A DNA stretch of 64,000 bases from a virus (lineage: Duplodnaviria; Caudoviricetes), in the IMG/VR virus record IMGVR_UViG_3300037312_000268, positions 23,418-87,417 of that record; one strand, given 5' to 3'. The notes under the pieces were generated by a model that saw only the letters and a list, made by a program, of their open reading frames with translations, was not told where the DNA came from and ran no database searches. Positions 22,046 through 31,323 of this stretch are shown in pieces (positions within the stretch are counted from its first letter, which is position 1; each line of letters opens with the position of its first letter). Both the position numbers and the translations under genes were made by a program.

Positions 22046-22233
22046 ATAGCCTCCAGTCGAGCTTTAAGCCTCCGCTTGCTGACAATCTTACGGGCCATTT
22101 GAATCTTCTCAACCATGTCGCCCCTACCTTTATTTCGGTAGTATGCTAGCATGGTTGAAATCACTGGTGCTTTAGTCACTTCGATGTGATCTGCAAGTTC
22201 ATCAATTGAACATTCTTGATAATTAAAATTCAT
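22042..22233 (-). CDS. Small helical protein coupled to the endonuclease (paralog of 30169-30357)
   Basis: Direct sequence similarity; 4 nt overlap with endonuclease start. Confidence 0.75.
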   Translation of the reverse strand: MNFNYQECSIDELADHIEVTKAPVISTMLAYYRNKGRGDMVEKIQMARKIVSKRRLKARLEAM

Positions 22234-22261
22234 AGTAAGATTCCTTTCGTCAGAAACCTTA

Positions 22262-22290
22262 ATTATAACATCTTAATACAATCTTGTCAA
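22262..22290 (-). promoter_or_regulatory. Consensus sigma70 promoter
   Basis: TTGACA-17-TATAAT. Confidence 0.85.
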
Positions 22291-22306
22291 TTTATAAGTT
22301 TTCGGG

Positions 22307-23361
22307 TCACACTGCGCCTCGATTAGCCAAGAAGCTGGCAAGCCGAGTCATCAGCTTGTGCTCTCCATAACCTTCTTTCTTCGTCTTCTCGATAACATTA
22401 GGCAGAACATCCAACAAATCGTGCACGGCGTTGATTTCAGCTTGGTATTCTTGCTGATTCTTATAGTAATGATCTTTCATGTCATTTGCCTGCTTGAGTT
22501 TAGATGCCAGATCAATTGCTTGTTTGTCAAGCTCTGCAATTTGACGCTTCAGCGATGTAACATTTTCTTTCTTAACAACCATAAATCCTCCTTAATTAAT
22601 ATGCGTTTCAAACTCATCAGCAAATGCCCTGATTTCCTGCCAAAGTGCACTTGGGTCAAACGCATCCGTTCCATCTTCGGCCTCGTAGTAGAAATGCTCT
22701 GATTGCAGCTTGAGGAACAAAATTAGGTCTTCAAAGACTTCTTTCATACTAGCACCCGATATCCACGATAAGCTTACCAAAGCCGCCACAGAATGCCATA
22801 AACACCATAATCATTTCAGTAGCAAATCGGCTATCATTAGACCACAGCGAAATGTCAAAGCCAACATTGTAGAATGCGCCCATCAAGAAACCAATAAGAG
22901 CGCCTAAGATTGCTAAGAGAGTTGCTTTCATTGTTTTACCCCAGCAGACTCGTCAGAGGACGTGACCACCTCTGGGAAGAATTGTCCATATGTCCACATA
23001 TGGAAACAGAACCAAATCTTGTTGTACGCGCCATCTATATCAATATGATATTTGTACCAAGTATCCGAAGTATAAACTTCTTCGATACGCCTTTTGACAT
23101 GAGTGTGTACGAGATGGATGCGAAAACCTACAACAAGCCACCAAACAAGTAATACAATCGGCGCATAAATATAAATCATACAGCCTCCAGTTCAGATTCA
23201 TGCATTATCTGCCACATACCATCATTGTCGACGTACCAAGCGTATTTAGCCGATCCGTACGACCAACTAAGTTTCACAAGAGTGTTTAAAGCATACTCGT
23301 GATCTTCGTTTTCAACGATTACACGATGTGTGGGAATAAACCCCAATGTGGGCGTGAACAT
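22307..23361 (-). CDS. Cluster of about five small hypothetical/membrane genes
   Basis: ORFs 22307-22582, 22592-22747, 22749-22931, 22928-23179, 23176-23361. Confidence 0.6.
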
Positions 23362-23586
23362 CACTTTTTCCCAACAGGGCACTGAAACTCGTCTGCAACA
23401 ACTACGATAGGAACAACAATAGTTTCGCTGAACACAATAGCAAGAAACGTATTCCATCCGGACAGCTTGTACTCAAGGTCAGGCTTCTTATCTTGCAGCA
23501 CACCGATGCATTCGCCGTATTCGGTTTTAGTTGTGCAACCTGCTGCGAGAATTGCGAACAGTGCACACAAAATAATACTCTTTCAT
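23361..23586 (-). CDS. Predicted lipoprotein; the RBS-linked ATG is one base out of frame
   Basis: Lipobox LAAG-C; ATG 23586 followed by 13 nt before the in-frame TTG. Confidence 0.6.
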
Positions 23587-23595
23587 AGCCTCTCC

Positions 23596-23835
23596 TCAGT
23601 TTTGAATACCAAACACAGGTTGTTTCTTACTCACCTGTGCATCCATTTGATTCATCGTTTCGTAATACCAGACATTCCCTTTAGAGTCCTTTGCAACGAA
23701 GCGATACGAACTCACTTCGTACACATCCTGCGTACCGACTTCTCGCACAACACTGTCTCGGCACAGTGTATGATCATAGCTGGAGCAACCAGACAAGGTG
23801 AATGCCAGTGCAGCAAAACCAATAATTTTCTTCAT
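23596..23835 (-). CDS. Predicted lipoprotein
   Basis: MKKIIGFAALAFTLSG-C lipobox. Confidence 0.75.
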   Translation of the reverse strand: MKKIIGFAALAFTLSGCSSYDHTLCRDSVVREVGTQDVYEVSSYRFVAKDSKGNVWYYETMNQMDAQVSKKQPVFGIQN

Positions 23836-23848
23836 AGCTTCTCCTGAA

Positions 23849-24187
23849 TTAAAGCGCTTTCCAATTCTTCCGAATAACTTTCGCAATTTCTGGGAATGTC
23901 ATACCTCCATCATTCATGATTGCCAGATTTTCACCATTAGCAATAACTCCAGCATCACTGTCCATACCTGCCCAAATCATCACTTCTTCCGGCAACACAC
24001 CTGACTCGCCGAGGTAAAACCCTTTGCGTTTCTGTGTTGCGGCTACTTCAGGATGCGCCTGTGCGTGCATGTTGCAAAGGACTCCGAGGCAGCACCACTT
24101 ATCCCTGTTACGAAGGCGATGGAATCCTTGCTTGTACTCGCCACTGTCCAATGCAGCAGCCCACTTACGTGCCACACTACGTTTCAT
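23849..24187 (-). CDS. Conserved phage hypothetical protein
   Basis: W..AL.SGEY.QG...L......CCLGVLC...ND.G..F.EIA pattern. Confidence 0.7.
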   Translation of the reverse strand: MKRSVARKWAAALDSGEYKQGFHRLRNRDKWCCLGVLCNMHAQAHPEVAATQKRKGFYLGESGVLPEEVMIWAGMDSDAGVIANGENLAIMNDGGMTFPEIAKVIRKNWKAL

Positions 24188-24238
24188 ATTCCCTCCTTGT
24201 TCATTAATTATAAACGTTCACGTCCGCGAAACAGCGCG

Positions 24239-24266
24239 AAAAATGAACAGAAGGGCTTTCGCCCTC
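24239..24266 (-). terminator. Rho-independent terminator
   Basis: GAGGGC-GAAA-GCCCTT then U-rich tail on minus strand. Confidence 0.65.
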
Positions 24267-24276
24267 CCTCTACAAA

Positions 24277-24648
24277 TTACAGACCCGGCTCTTTGACAGC
24301 CTTCTTACGACGAGCCAGCTTCGACACACCAACCAGACTCACCAAACCGAAGCCCAGACCAGCCATTGCGAACGAATCACTATCGTCTTCCTTCTTAACG
24401 TATTGCGGAGCAGAGACAGGCACACCGCAGCAATTCATAGTGCCAACACTAGCGGCAACTTGAGGGGCACTAACAGGGATGCCACAGCAATCGCTCAGCG
24501 TAGGAGCAGGACGACGGCCATCTTTTGCGTCAGATGCCAGTACAGGCGCCGAAACATCATCTGCCACAGCCGAAGCAGAGACAGCGATTTGTGCGAAAGC
24601 CGACGTTGCAGCGATCGACAGGATGATAGCGGAGATAGTTTTCTTCAT
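24277..24648 (-). CDS. Secreted protein with CCG-x-PVSAPQ repeats and PEP-CTERM-like TM/basic tail
   Basis: Sec signal (AFA), two repeats, FAMAGLGFGLVSLVG...ARRKK. Confidence 0.7.
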   Translation of the reverse strand: MKKTISAIILSIAATSAFAQIAVSASAVADDVSAPVLASDAKDGRRPAPTLSDCCGIPVSAPQVAASVGTMNCCGVPVSAPQYVKKEDDSDSFAMAGLGFGLVSLVGVSKLARRKKAVKEPGL

Positions 24649-24704
24649 GTTGTTTCCTTTATTTGTGTTGTGAATTTTGTACCCCGTTGTAGAGCACAGA
24701 ACAG

Positions 24705-24733
24705 AGTATGCCTGAGATTGGAAGGCTTGTCAA
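24705..24733 (-). promoter_or_regulatory. Sigma70-type promoter for 24277-24648
   Basis: TTGACA-17-CATACT. Confidence 0.7.
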
Positions 24734-25118
24734 CAACTATTTTACCAAGTAGAAGTTCGAGTGACGATGCCATCAAAATCATAGAAGCCAGCGGGCTCTG
24801 GATAAGGCTCAGTTTTGTACCTGATGCGGGAAGCAATCAACTGCTCGTCGTCTCGACTAACAAACCCAGAACAGAACACGTGTGTGAACACATACCCTGC
24901 CACATTAGGCCAAACGTCTTGTCCAGCGTCGAAGAAGTGGACTTTGCCGCCACACTCACTGATGTACTGGCGAGTGTGCAACTTTAACAAACCAGAACCA
25001 ATCCAGTCTTTGCAATCGTTAAGATTCTGGTGGATACGAATGTCAAACACGGCTACAACAGCATTAGGGTCATTGTCTGCAATGCTTACAGCTTTTTGCA
25101 ACACTTGTTCAAATGTTT

Positions 25119-25868
25119 TCATTTTGATTCCAGTTCAAAAGCTTTAACACTCTCTGGGAACTTCTCTTCAAGAATAGCACGCAGCTTACAACCAAATTCC
25201 TGCGCAGCACCTTGCGCATGACTATCAACACGCTGCTTTACAACGCGCAGGAATGCCATCAGACTTCCACTCCAAATCCAGTGCGTCATTGAGTTTAGAG
25301 GAAGAACAATACGTGCCTCTTCGCCTGCCACACCCGCTTCAAGAAGGTTGTAATAGGTTTCGACAGAAGACTCACTTGACTTTTGAATAGCCTCTAGTGC
25401 AGTACAGTGGTTGTCGTCCATGCAGCGAATGTGGTGATAAGTGTGAACTTCTTTACTAGCACCTTGCTTAGCATTCTCAGGTTTCTTGTGCACTACTTGT
25501 GGAAGCCACAGGGCCACATCTTCTGTGATATACCTGCGGCTCTCCTCGTTAATCACAAGGCCAACAGTATGCTTGTGGAGTTGGCGTGCAAGGAAAATTG
25601 GCACAGCAACACGCACTGTTAGGAAGCAGTGTCCGAACGGGGTCCAGTGGGTACTAGCCTTAGCACGCTTCTCCCAATCATCACGTTCACTGCTTGGCAA
25701 ACCTGTTGCAAGGTATGAAAGCAATCCTTTCTGCTTGTCATTAATCTCTACAGACTCGTCATCCCACTTATTGAAACTCACCTTCGCAACATTGGACACG
25801 CGAAGATCACTGCCCATGTAATCAATCAGTTCTACGCCAATTTCCTCGTATTTAATTTCTCGGCTCAA
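25119..25868 (-). CDS. thyX: Flavin-dependent thymidylate synthase
   Basis: HWTPFGH, ARQLHKH...NEESRRY, ARIVLP, R....AQ motifs. Confidence 0.92.
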   Translation of the reverse strand: MSREIKYEEIGVELIDYMGSDLRVSNVAKVSFNKWDDESVEINDKQKGLLSYLATGLPSSERDDWEKRAKASTHWTPFGHCFLTVRVAVPIFLARQLHKHTVGLVINEESRRYITEDVALWLPQVVHKKPENAKQGASKEVHTYHHIRCMDDNHCTALEAIQKSSESSVETYYNLLEAGVAGEEARIVLPLNSMTHWIWSGSLMAFLRVVKQRVDSHAQGAAQEFGCKLRAILEEKFPESVKAFELESK

Positions 25869-26968
25869 TCTACAATCTCCGTTTCAACATCGCTCCACTT
25901 GTCATCCCAAACAACATACACAGTTTTGCCTTCTTTCTCATGAAACGGTGCAGTTCGTACGCTGGCAGTTTTACCAAGACCTTCTACGAAATCTGTATCA
26001 TATTCTGCAATCTGCTGTGCAGCAAATTTGAACAACTCTGCGTATTTCTCTTCCAACGTATCACCTTCCAGTACAAACATATATGATTCAAACTCTTTGA
26101 TATACTCTGGTGTAAGAATACTATCCTTCAGTTCGATTTCGTACTCTTTTGTGATTTGTACTCGGGCAGTTTTCTTCATTTCTCACCAATCATATGTAAA
26201 AGAGTAAAGATTCTTAGAAAGCACATCTTCTTTGAACGCTACAATGTCAATACCGGCAGGATCAACATCGCAGTCTTCAATTTCGCCAAGAATATCAAGA
26301 ATAAATTCCATATCAACAGTTTGATGTCGTTCGGCATAAACAGGGCCGTCGTATCCAATAAACTCTTCCGGAAGACCTTCGAACCGTTCGAACCACGGAC
26401 TTGTTCCACGCAAATTGGCAGGTACTTTCATAAACACTTCCCACCGAACCTCTAGAGGAATGTTTTTGTCCTTGATATAAGCTACAAACTCTTCCTTGAT
26501 GTCTGCGATTTGTTTGTTGAGGGCTTCTACACGTTCTTTGAAGGTTGTCATTTCTTCTCCACATCCACAACATCGCTAAACTGCTTAAGAATTCCGACAA
26601 TAAACTCAGCCTTTTGTACAGCATCTTCGTCGTTCTCTGCCATCACACCTACTTTGAATTCCATATCAAACCTGTGCAGCTTAGGATTGTTATCTTTTTT
26701 GTCTTTCATTCGTTCTTCAAAATTCTTCATCAGATTATCGTTCATGTCAGCCCTTATCAATGTTTTCGTAAATAGAATCATCTTCTTCAGAAGATTCTTC
26801 CTCCATATATTCTTCGTCAGTGCACTCTACATCAATAAGTCCTGCATCGCTTACGTAAACCTCGTCATTGAGCATCAACGCAGTTTCGATACGGGTAGCT
26901 TTTCGATGAGCATCTTCCCAGTTGTCGGCTTCAAACACAGCCCAAAGTGATACGCTAAATGTTGGCAT
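25865..26968 (-). CDS. Four small acidic hypothetical genes
   Basis: 25865-26179, 26183-26551, 26548-26781, 26747-26968. Confidence 0.6.
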
Positions 26969-26973
26969 TATTC

Positions 26974-27876
26974 TTACTCTTTCTTATGCGGCTTGACGAT
27001 TCCATTCTCAAGCCCTTGTTCAAATTTCTTAACAAACTCGTCGCTGTACATCGCTTGGATGTCGTAGTAGTTTTCCCATACAAACTCACGGAACCACCCA
27101 GAAGAAATCGAAGAAGCCAACTTTGCGTGTGCCAGATCGAAAGCTTTCTTAACGTCAGGCCACTTGTCACGATGAGGCACCAACGCACGCTCAATGCATA
27201 ATACACAGATTTCCTCGTACGCAGCGTTCAGCTTAATCTGCATCGGAAGATTGTCCCACATTGCCTTACTCACCATCACTTCGCTGTCTTCAGGTTTGAA
27301 CTCAAGATATGCAGGGCGTTCACCAATCGCAACAGCTACATGAATAGTATCATGATCGTACGTGTAGATGTCGTCACGGAAGAAGCCTTCTTTGCTCTGG
27401 TTCAGTTTCGGTAGAGTGTTTGTGTACGTCTCCTTCTCCCGTTGCTTGAAGAACTCTTCGTGCTCAGGGCGAATCTTAGCGCCAAGATTTCTCATATAAT
27501 GAATATCGCCCATAGTCTTGAGAAAATGCGGCGAATCTTTTTTGTAACGATGGCTCATCTTCAACAAATACAACACATCCAAGCTTGGCACAAGCGTACC
27601 ACTCGCCATAACAATGTTGTCATCCTGCGCTTCCACAAATTTGACCAGCCGCTCAGCCATGCTATCAGGCCATGCAACCTCTGCTTCCACGATGGCACCG
27701 CCCACACGACGCATGTAGATGGATTTTCCGCTGTTAATAGGGTAACACACCTTCGCGTTGATGTTTTTACGGTGCGCCATAATCTCGTCGTAGGTTCCTA
27801 CCAAATCAACATCAACAGTAGGGCGCACAAGGTGTGTTACGTGCGTCTGAAGGGCCAAGCTGCCAATCAAAATCAT
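26974..27876 (-). CDS. Conserved phage protein with N-terminal nucleotidyltransferase-like GS...DxD motif
   Basis: LIGSLAL...TVDVDLV; KMSHRY; YDHDTIH; SGWFREF. Confidence 0.65.
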   Translation of the reverse strand: MILIGSLALQTHVTHLVRPTVDVDLVGTYDEIMAHRKNINAKVCYPINSGKSIYMRRVGGAIVEAEVAWPDSMAERLVKFVEAQDDNIVMASGTLVPSLDVLYLLKMSHRYKKDSPHFLKTMGDIHYMRNLGAKIRPEHEEFFKQREKETYTNTLPKLNQSKEGFFRDDIYTYDHDTIHVAVAIGERPAYLEFKPEDSEVMVSKAMWDNLPMQIKLNAAYEEICVLCIERALVPHRDKWPDVKKAFDLAHAKLASSISSGWFREFVWENYYDIQAMYSDEFVKKFEQGLENGIVKPHKKE

Positions 27877-27893
27877 GTCAAGATCCCTTTATC

Positions 27894-28331
27894 TCAGCAA
27901 TACGACGCATTCCAGTCACTCACTTCCGACTCCATACTTTCCAGAAGAAAGTACAGCTTGTTCGTCCTGTCAGTGTCAAACCCAGCATCTTCAAGCTGAT
28001 TGGAGTATGGTGTGCTGTCTGGGTAGTACTCCGCTTGCCGATCATAGTAAGGAATCTCAAACGGAACTCCAGACACATCACTCACAAAAGACGTAGCGGA
28101 AAGAATGTCATGGGCATTTTGTGCCAGATTATCAATCTTGTCCACATCTTCTTCCGAATCAAGCTCAAGCATCTCGTCCAAAACCTTACGTGCAGCAGAG
28201 ATGTTCTCAGCAATAAACTTTGAAGCCCCTTGACGAATTTTTCCACATGCATCTGACATTTCTTTTTGCAGTGCATCGTGCTTGGCCTTCAGCTCGTTCA
28301 GATTGACACCATCAATAATGATTTCTTGCAT
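27894..28331 (-). CDS. W-x-x-S..C-terminus family protein A
   Basis: Ends DWNASYC. Confidence 0.75.
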   Translation of the reverse strand: MQEIIIDGVNLNELKAKHDALQKEMSDACGKIRQGASKFIAENISAARKVLDEMLELDSEEDVDKIDNLAQNAHDILSATSFVSDVSGVPFEIPYYDRQAEYYPDSTPYSNQLEDAGFDTDRTNKLYFLLESMESEVSDWNASYC

Positions 28332-28342
28332 TCTTATTCCCC

Positions 28343-28597
28343 TTAGCAGTTGTAGTACGAGCTTTGCCAATCCGAATTCAGCATACCAATCTCATCAATC
28401 AGACCGGTGAATTCATACTCAAGCCTGACAGTGGCACCAGAGCGCTCACTAACATCTTTAATATCTCGCAGAAGTTGCTTAATCGCTTCCACTTTCTCTG
28501 CAATGATTTTGTTGCCGTCATGGACAGAAATCACTTCCTCACCAGCCTTAGCCAGCAGTTCATCCAGACGTTTATTGCTAATCGTCACCATACTCAT
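28343..28597 (-). CDS. W-x-x-S..C-terminus family protein B
   Basis: Ends DWQSSYYNC. Confidence 0.75.
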   Translation of the reverse strand: MSMVTISNKRLDELLAKAGEEVISVHDGNKIIAEKVEAIKQLLRDIKDVSERSGATVRLEYEFTGLIDEIGMLNSDWQSSYYNC

Positions 28598-28624
28598 GTT
28601 TTCTCCTTTGTGTTAATAAAATGT

Positions 28625-28843
28625 TTAGCAGTTTTGCGACGAAGGGTTCCAGCCGTCGGATTCGTCACCCCATTCGTTAGTCCCACCAACTTGCTCACCA
28701 TCGAAATAGCCACCCATACCGTACGCCGGAGAGAAACTAAAACCAAGTTTGTGTTCCTCTGCAAAAGCCTCTGCTGCACGAAGTGCATCGTAAACTTCTT
28801 GAACCAGTGCAGCCAGTTGTGCGTTCAGTTCTTTAGTGCTCAT
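28625..28843 (-). CDS. W-x-x-S..C-terminus family protein C
   Basis: Ends GWNPSSQNC. Confidence 0.75.
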   Translation of the reverse strand: MSTKELNAQLAALVQEVYDALRAAEAFAEEHKLGFSFSPAYGMGGYFDGEQVGGTNEWGDESDGWNPSSQNC

Positions 28844-28863
28844 AATATTTCTCCTTAGTTAAT

Positions 28864-29178
28864 TTACCAGATTTTGACTGCGTGAATTACACGTGGCTCA
28901 ACGGATTTGAAAATTGCTTTCCATCGCTCATGAGCATCCACAACATGATTGATTAGCGTGTCAGGGCTTTCGCCACCGATTTCAAAGCCAACGAACCAAT
29001 CTTCTCCACTATGGCAATCAAGACACATCGCACACATCCCTAGATGCGTACCACCATCACACATATCTGTAATCTGGTCTTCCGTCAAGTACGTGTTCTC
29101 TGCCAGAAAGTCTACAACTCGCCACTCTTTGCCGAACCGCTTACCGATTCCGAGGAAAGCTTCGTATTCGGTGCTCAT
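28864..29178 (-). CDS. Hypothetical protein
   Basis: 104 aa ORF with RBS. Confidence 0.65.
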   Translation of the reverse strand: MSTEYEAFLGIGKRFGKEWRVVDFLAENTYLTEDQITDMCDGGTHLGMCAMCLDCHSGEDWFVGFEIGGESPDTLINHVVDAHERWKAIFKSVEPRVIHAVKIW

Positions 29179-29189
29179 TCTCTTCTCCT

Positions 29190-29350
29190 TTAGTTATCTC
29201 TACAAAATCTATGCGAATCAACAACCCTGTCACATTTCAACCTACTAGCCCATGCAGGTGCAATGTCCTTGCGGAAGTAATACGTGTACCTGTCATCCAG
29301 TACGTGTAGCATACCTGACTTTTCCCATTGTAGCAAGAACTTTTTATTCC
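29190..29350 (-). pseudogene. Orphan 3' half of a SleB-like cell wall hydrolase
   Basis: Frame reads LLQWEKSGMLHVLDDRYTYYFRKDIAPAWASRLKCDRVVDSHRFCRDN*, which aligns with the C-terminus of 30417-30830. Confidence 0.7.
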
Positions 29351-29359
29351 GTAATATTG

Positions 29360-30172
29360 TTATGAGCACAGGCTGTAGGCAATTTTCTCTTCTACAAAAG
29401 AAATAAGATCATCATAATTATGGTAGCTAGTAGATTCTTCTATAAAACCTTTAACATTAATACCTGACTTGTAGAAATTTTTTCGTATTTCACGCTCCAT
29501 TGACAGTGCCATACTGCCCGTATTAAAATGAAAGAACTCCATTTCAGTCATTACGAAACCTTTTTTCCTGAGAGAACACTTATGTTGACGGATTCGATGG
29601 TCTACGCAACCGCTTATTCCATACCCTGTAAAAGACTCGCCTGTAACGTTGTTTACAGCACGAATTACGTAAAGTGCGCCGGGATTGTTTGCCTTGAAAC
29701 CTGTGGTGGAGCAACATGGACATCCCGCACCGTTCATAAAATTACCTATGGAGATTGTCCACTCGTAGTTTTTTACACATTTCAGCACCATCTTGGAAAG
29801 TGCGCCATGATAACCGTCTCTCCACCTTACGAACTCTACTCCATCACCACGCTCTTTTAGAATTTTATTTATTACGAATTCTCTTTGATCTTTAGTCCAT
29901 CTGAAAGCCTTAGAACAGCGACAAGAAAGTTGGCCTTTTCTAAGCGTAGCCTCTGCGCTCTCAAAAATACCATCACAAAGACCCGCATCTACAAATTCAT
30001 CATTAGAGCATTTGGGGCATTTGTATTTCCAATAATACAACCTTTTAGAGTTTTTCTCTGTGTCACTCGGCCAAAATTCAAAGCCTCCACCTATACTGCC
30101 AGCACGTGTAAACTCCGCTATTTTCCACTTCACCCATTCATCAAAAGAATGCTTAATTGAAGGCCATTTCAT
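29360..30172 (-). CDS. Free-standing GIY-YIG-like endonuclease (paralog of 20843-22045)
   Basis: GCPCC...LYVI..FTGYGIS...RI.QH aligns with the first copy. Confidence 0.75.
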   Translation of the reverse strand: MKWPSIKHSFDEWVKWKIAEFTRAGSIGGGFEFWPSDTEKNSKRLYYWKYKCPKCSNDEFVDAGLCDGIFESAEATLRKGQLSCRCSKAFRWTKDQREFVINKILKERGDGVEFVRWRDGYHGALSKMVLKCVKNYEWTISIGNFMNGAGCPCCSTTGFKANNPGALYVIRAVNNVTGESFTGYGISGCVDHRIRQHKCSLRKKGFVMTEMEFFHFNTGSMALSMEREIRKNFYKSGINVKGFIEESTSYHNYDDLISFVEEKIAYSLCS

Positions 30173-30357
30173 TGCATGGCTTCCAATTGTCGGAGCAATT
30201 TACGTTTCTTGACAATACGTCTTGCCTCCTTGATCTTCTCAACCATCTCTACAACACCCCTGTCACGGTAGTAGATAAGTTGCTGGGTGATCCTAGCAGC
30301 AGGGCTGACCTCCACAAAGTCTGCCAGTTCTTCAACAGTACAAGTCTGATAATTCAT
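30169..30357 (-). CDS. Small helical protein coupled to the endonuclease (paralog of 22042-22233)
   Basis: NYQ.C..ELAD..EV...YYR..G..MVEKI..AR.IV.KR.L...LEAM shared. Confidence 0.75.
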   Translation of the reverse strand: MNYQTCTVEELADFVEVSPAARITQQLIYYRDRGVVEMVEKIKEARRIVKKRKLLRQLEAMQ

Positions 30358-30383
30358 AATATCTCCAATCGTCCAAAGATGTT

Positions 30384-30412
30384 ATCTTACCACGACATTG
30401 AGTTGCTGTCAA
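30384..30412 (-). promoter_or_regulatory. Sigma70-type promoter
   Basis: TTGACA-17-TAAGAT. Confidence 0.75.
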
Positions 30413-30416
30413 GTAT

Positions 30417-30830
30417 TTATGACTTGCTACAAAAGTAGACTAGTTTTCCTATCTTAGAGACCTTAGTCATCTTATCAGCCCATTTGGGTGGCTCAATATC
30501 TGTACTGTAGAAGTGGTCAGCGCAAGGTGGTAGTACAGGGCGCATCCTACGCGATTCCTCATATCGTACCAACCAGTCTGGAGTAGTTTTCATCTTAATA
30601 TTCTTACGCCACCATGAAAATTGCCCTCGCCGAGACACAATCGCCCTACAACTCTTGTGCTGCTTTTGCATCCTGTGCTGCACCACTTCTATAACTCCTT
30701 TCACAGCGCGCAAGCTTTGGTTCTCAGCTTCACGCTTAGCTGTGTATGCTAGGCAGGTGTTGTCTGCCACCTTCGCTTGAGCGCTGCTGGAGAGCGCCAT
30801 CAGGAGCAAGATGGCTGAAGCTGTGCTCAA
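30417..30830 (-). CDS. SleB-like (Hydrolase_2) cell wall hydrolase with N-terminal signal
   Basis: CLAYTAKREAENQ, QFSW, P.WA C-terminal motif. Confidence 0.85.
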   Translation of the reverse strand: MSTASAILLLMALSSSAQAKVADNTCLAYTAKREAENQSLRAVKGVIEVVQHRMQKQHKSCRAIVSRRGQFSWWRKNIKMKTTPDWLVRYEESRRMRPVLPPCADHFYSTDIEPPKWADKMTKVSKIGKLVYFCSKS

Positions 30831-31180
30831 CTAACATCCTTCTCAATCGTCATCATCAGCCCCTCAAAATGTGGATGCATACCCAATCCAGTGTACGGTC
30901 CGAATATCTCCATCAAATTCCAAAGCTGGATTCGCAACGTTTCTCCTGCCACCTTCGTATCGATTTCATACCTGTCAGGAAGATTTAGATTTTTGTAACG
31001 GGCATTATAAATTTGTGCTCCGCCTTGCGTCAGCTTCACTTCTACAGTCTCGTTAAGATTGATTTCAAATTTCATCGCCCTTGATCCTCCATAGGAAAGC
31101 CCAATTCGTCCTTCGCCTTTTGTGTTGGCGTTCTTGTGTCTTCTACACTCATATACCCTCCTAATCAGTTAAGTGCAGCC

Positions 31181-31293
31181 ACTGTACCAGCATTGTTCGA
31201 ACACGTCAACAACAATTTTAGCGAAGCTATCCATTCTTACGCAATGCTATCTCAACATAGTGCTTGACAGCATCCTCCCGTGTGATGTACTCT
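31181..31293. promoter_or_regulatory. Divergent promoter pair at the strand switch
   Basis: Minus TTGACG-17-TACAGT (31181-31209); plus TTGACA-18-TACTCT (31264-31293). Confidence 0.7.
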
Positions 31294-31323
31294 ACAGGCT
31301 CTTAACAAACGTAAGGAGGAAGT

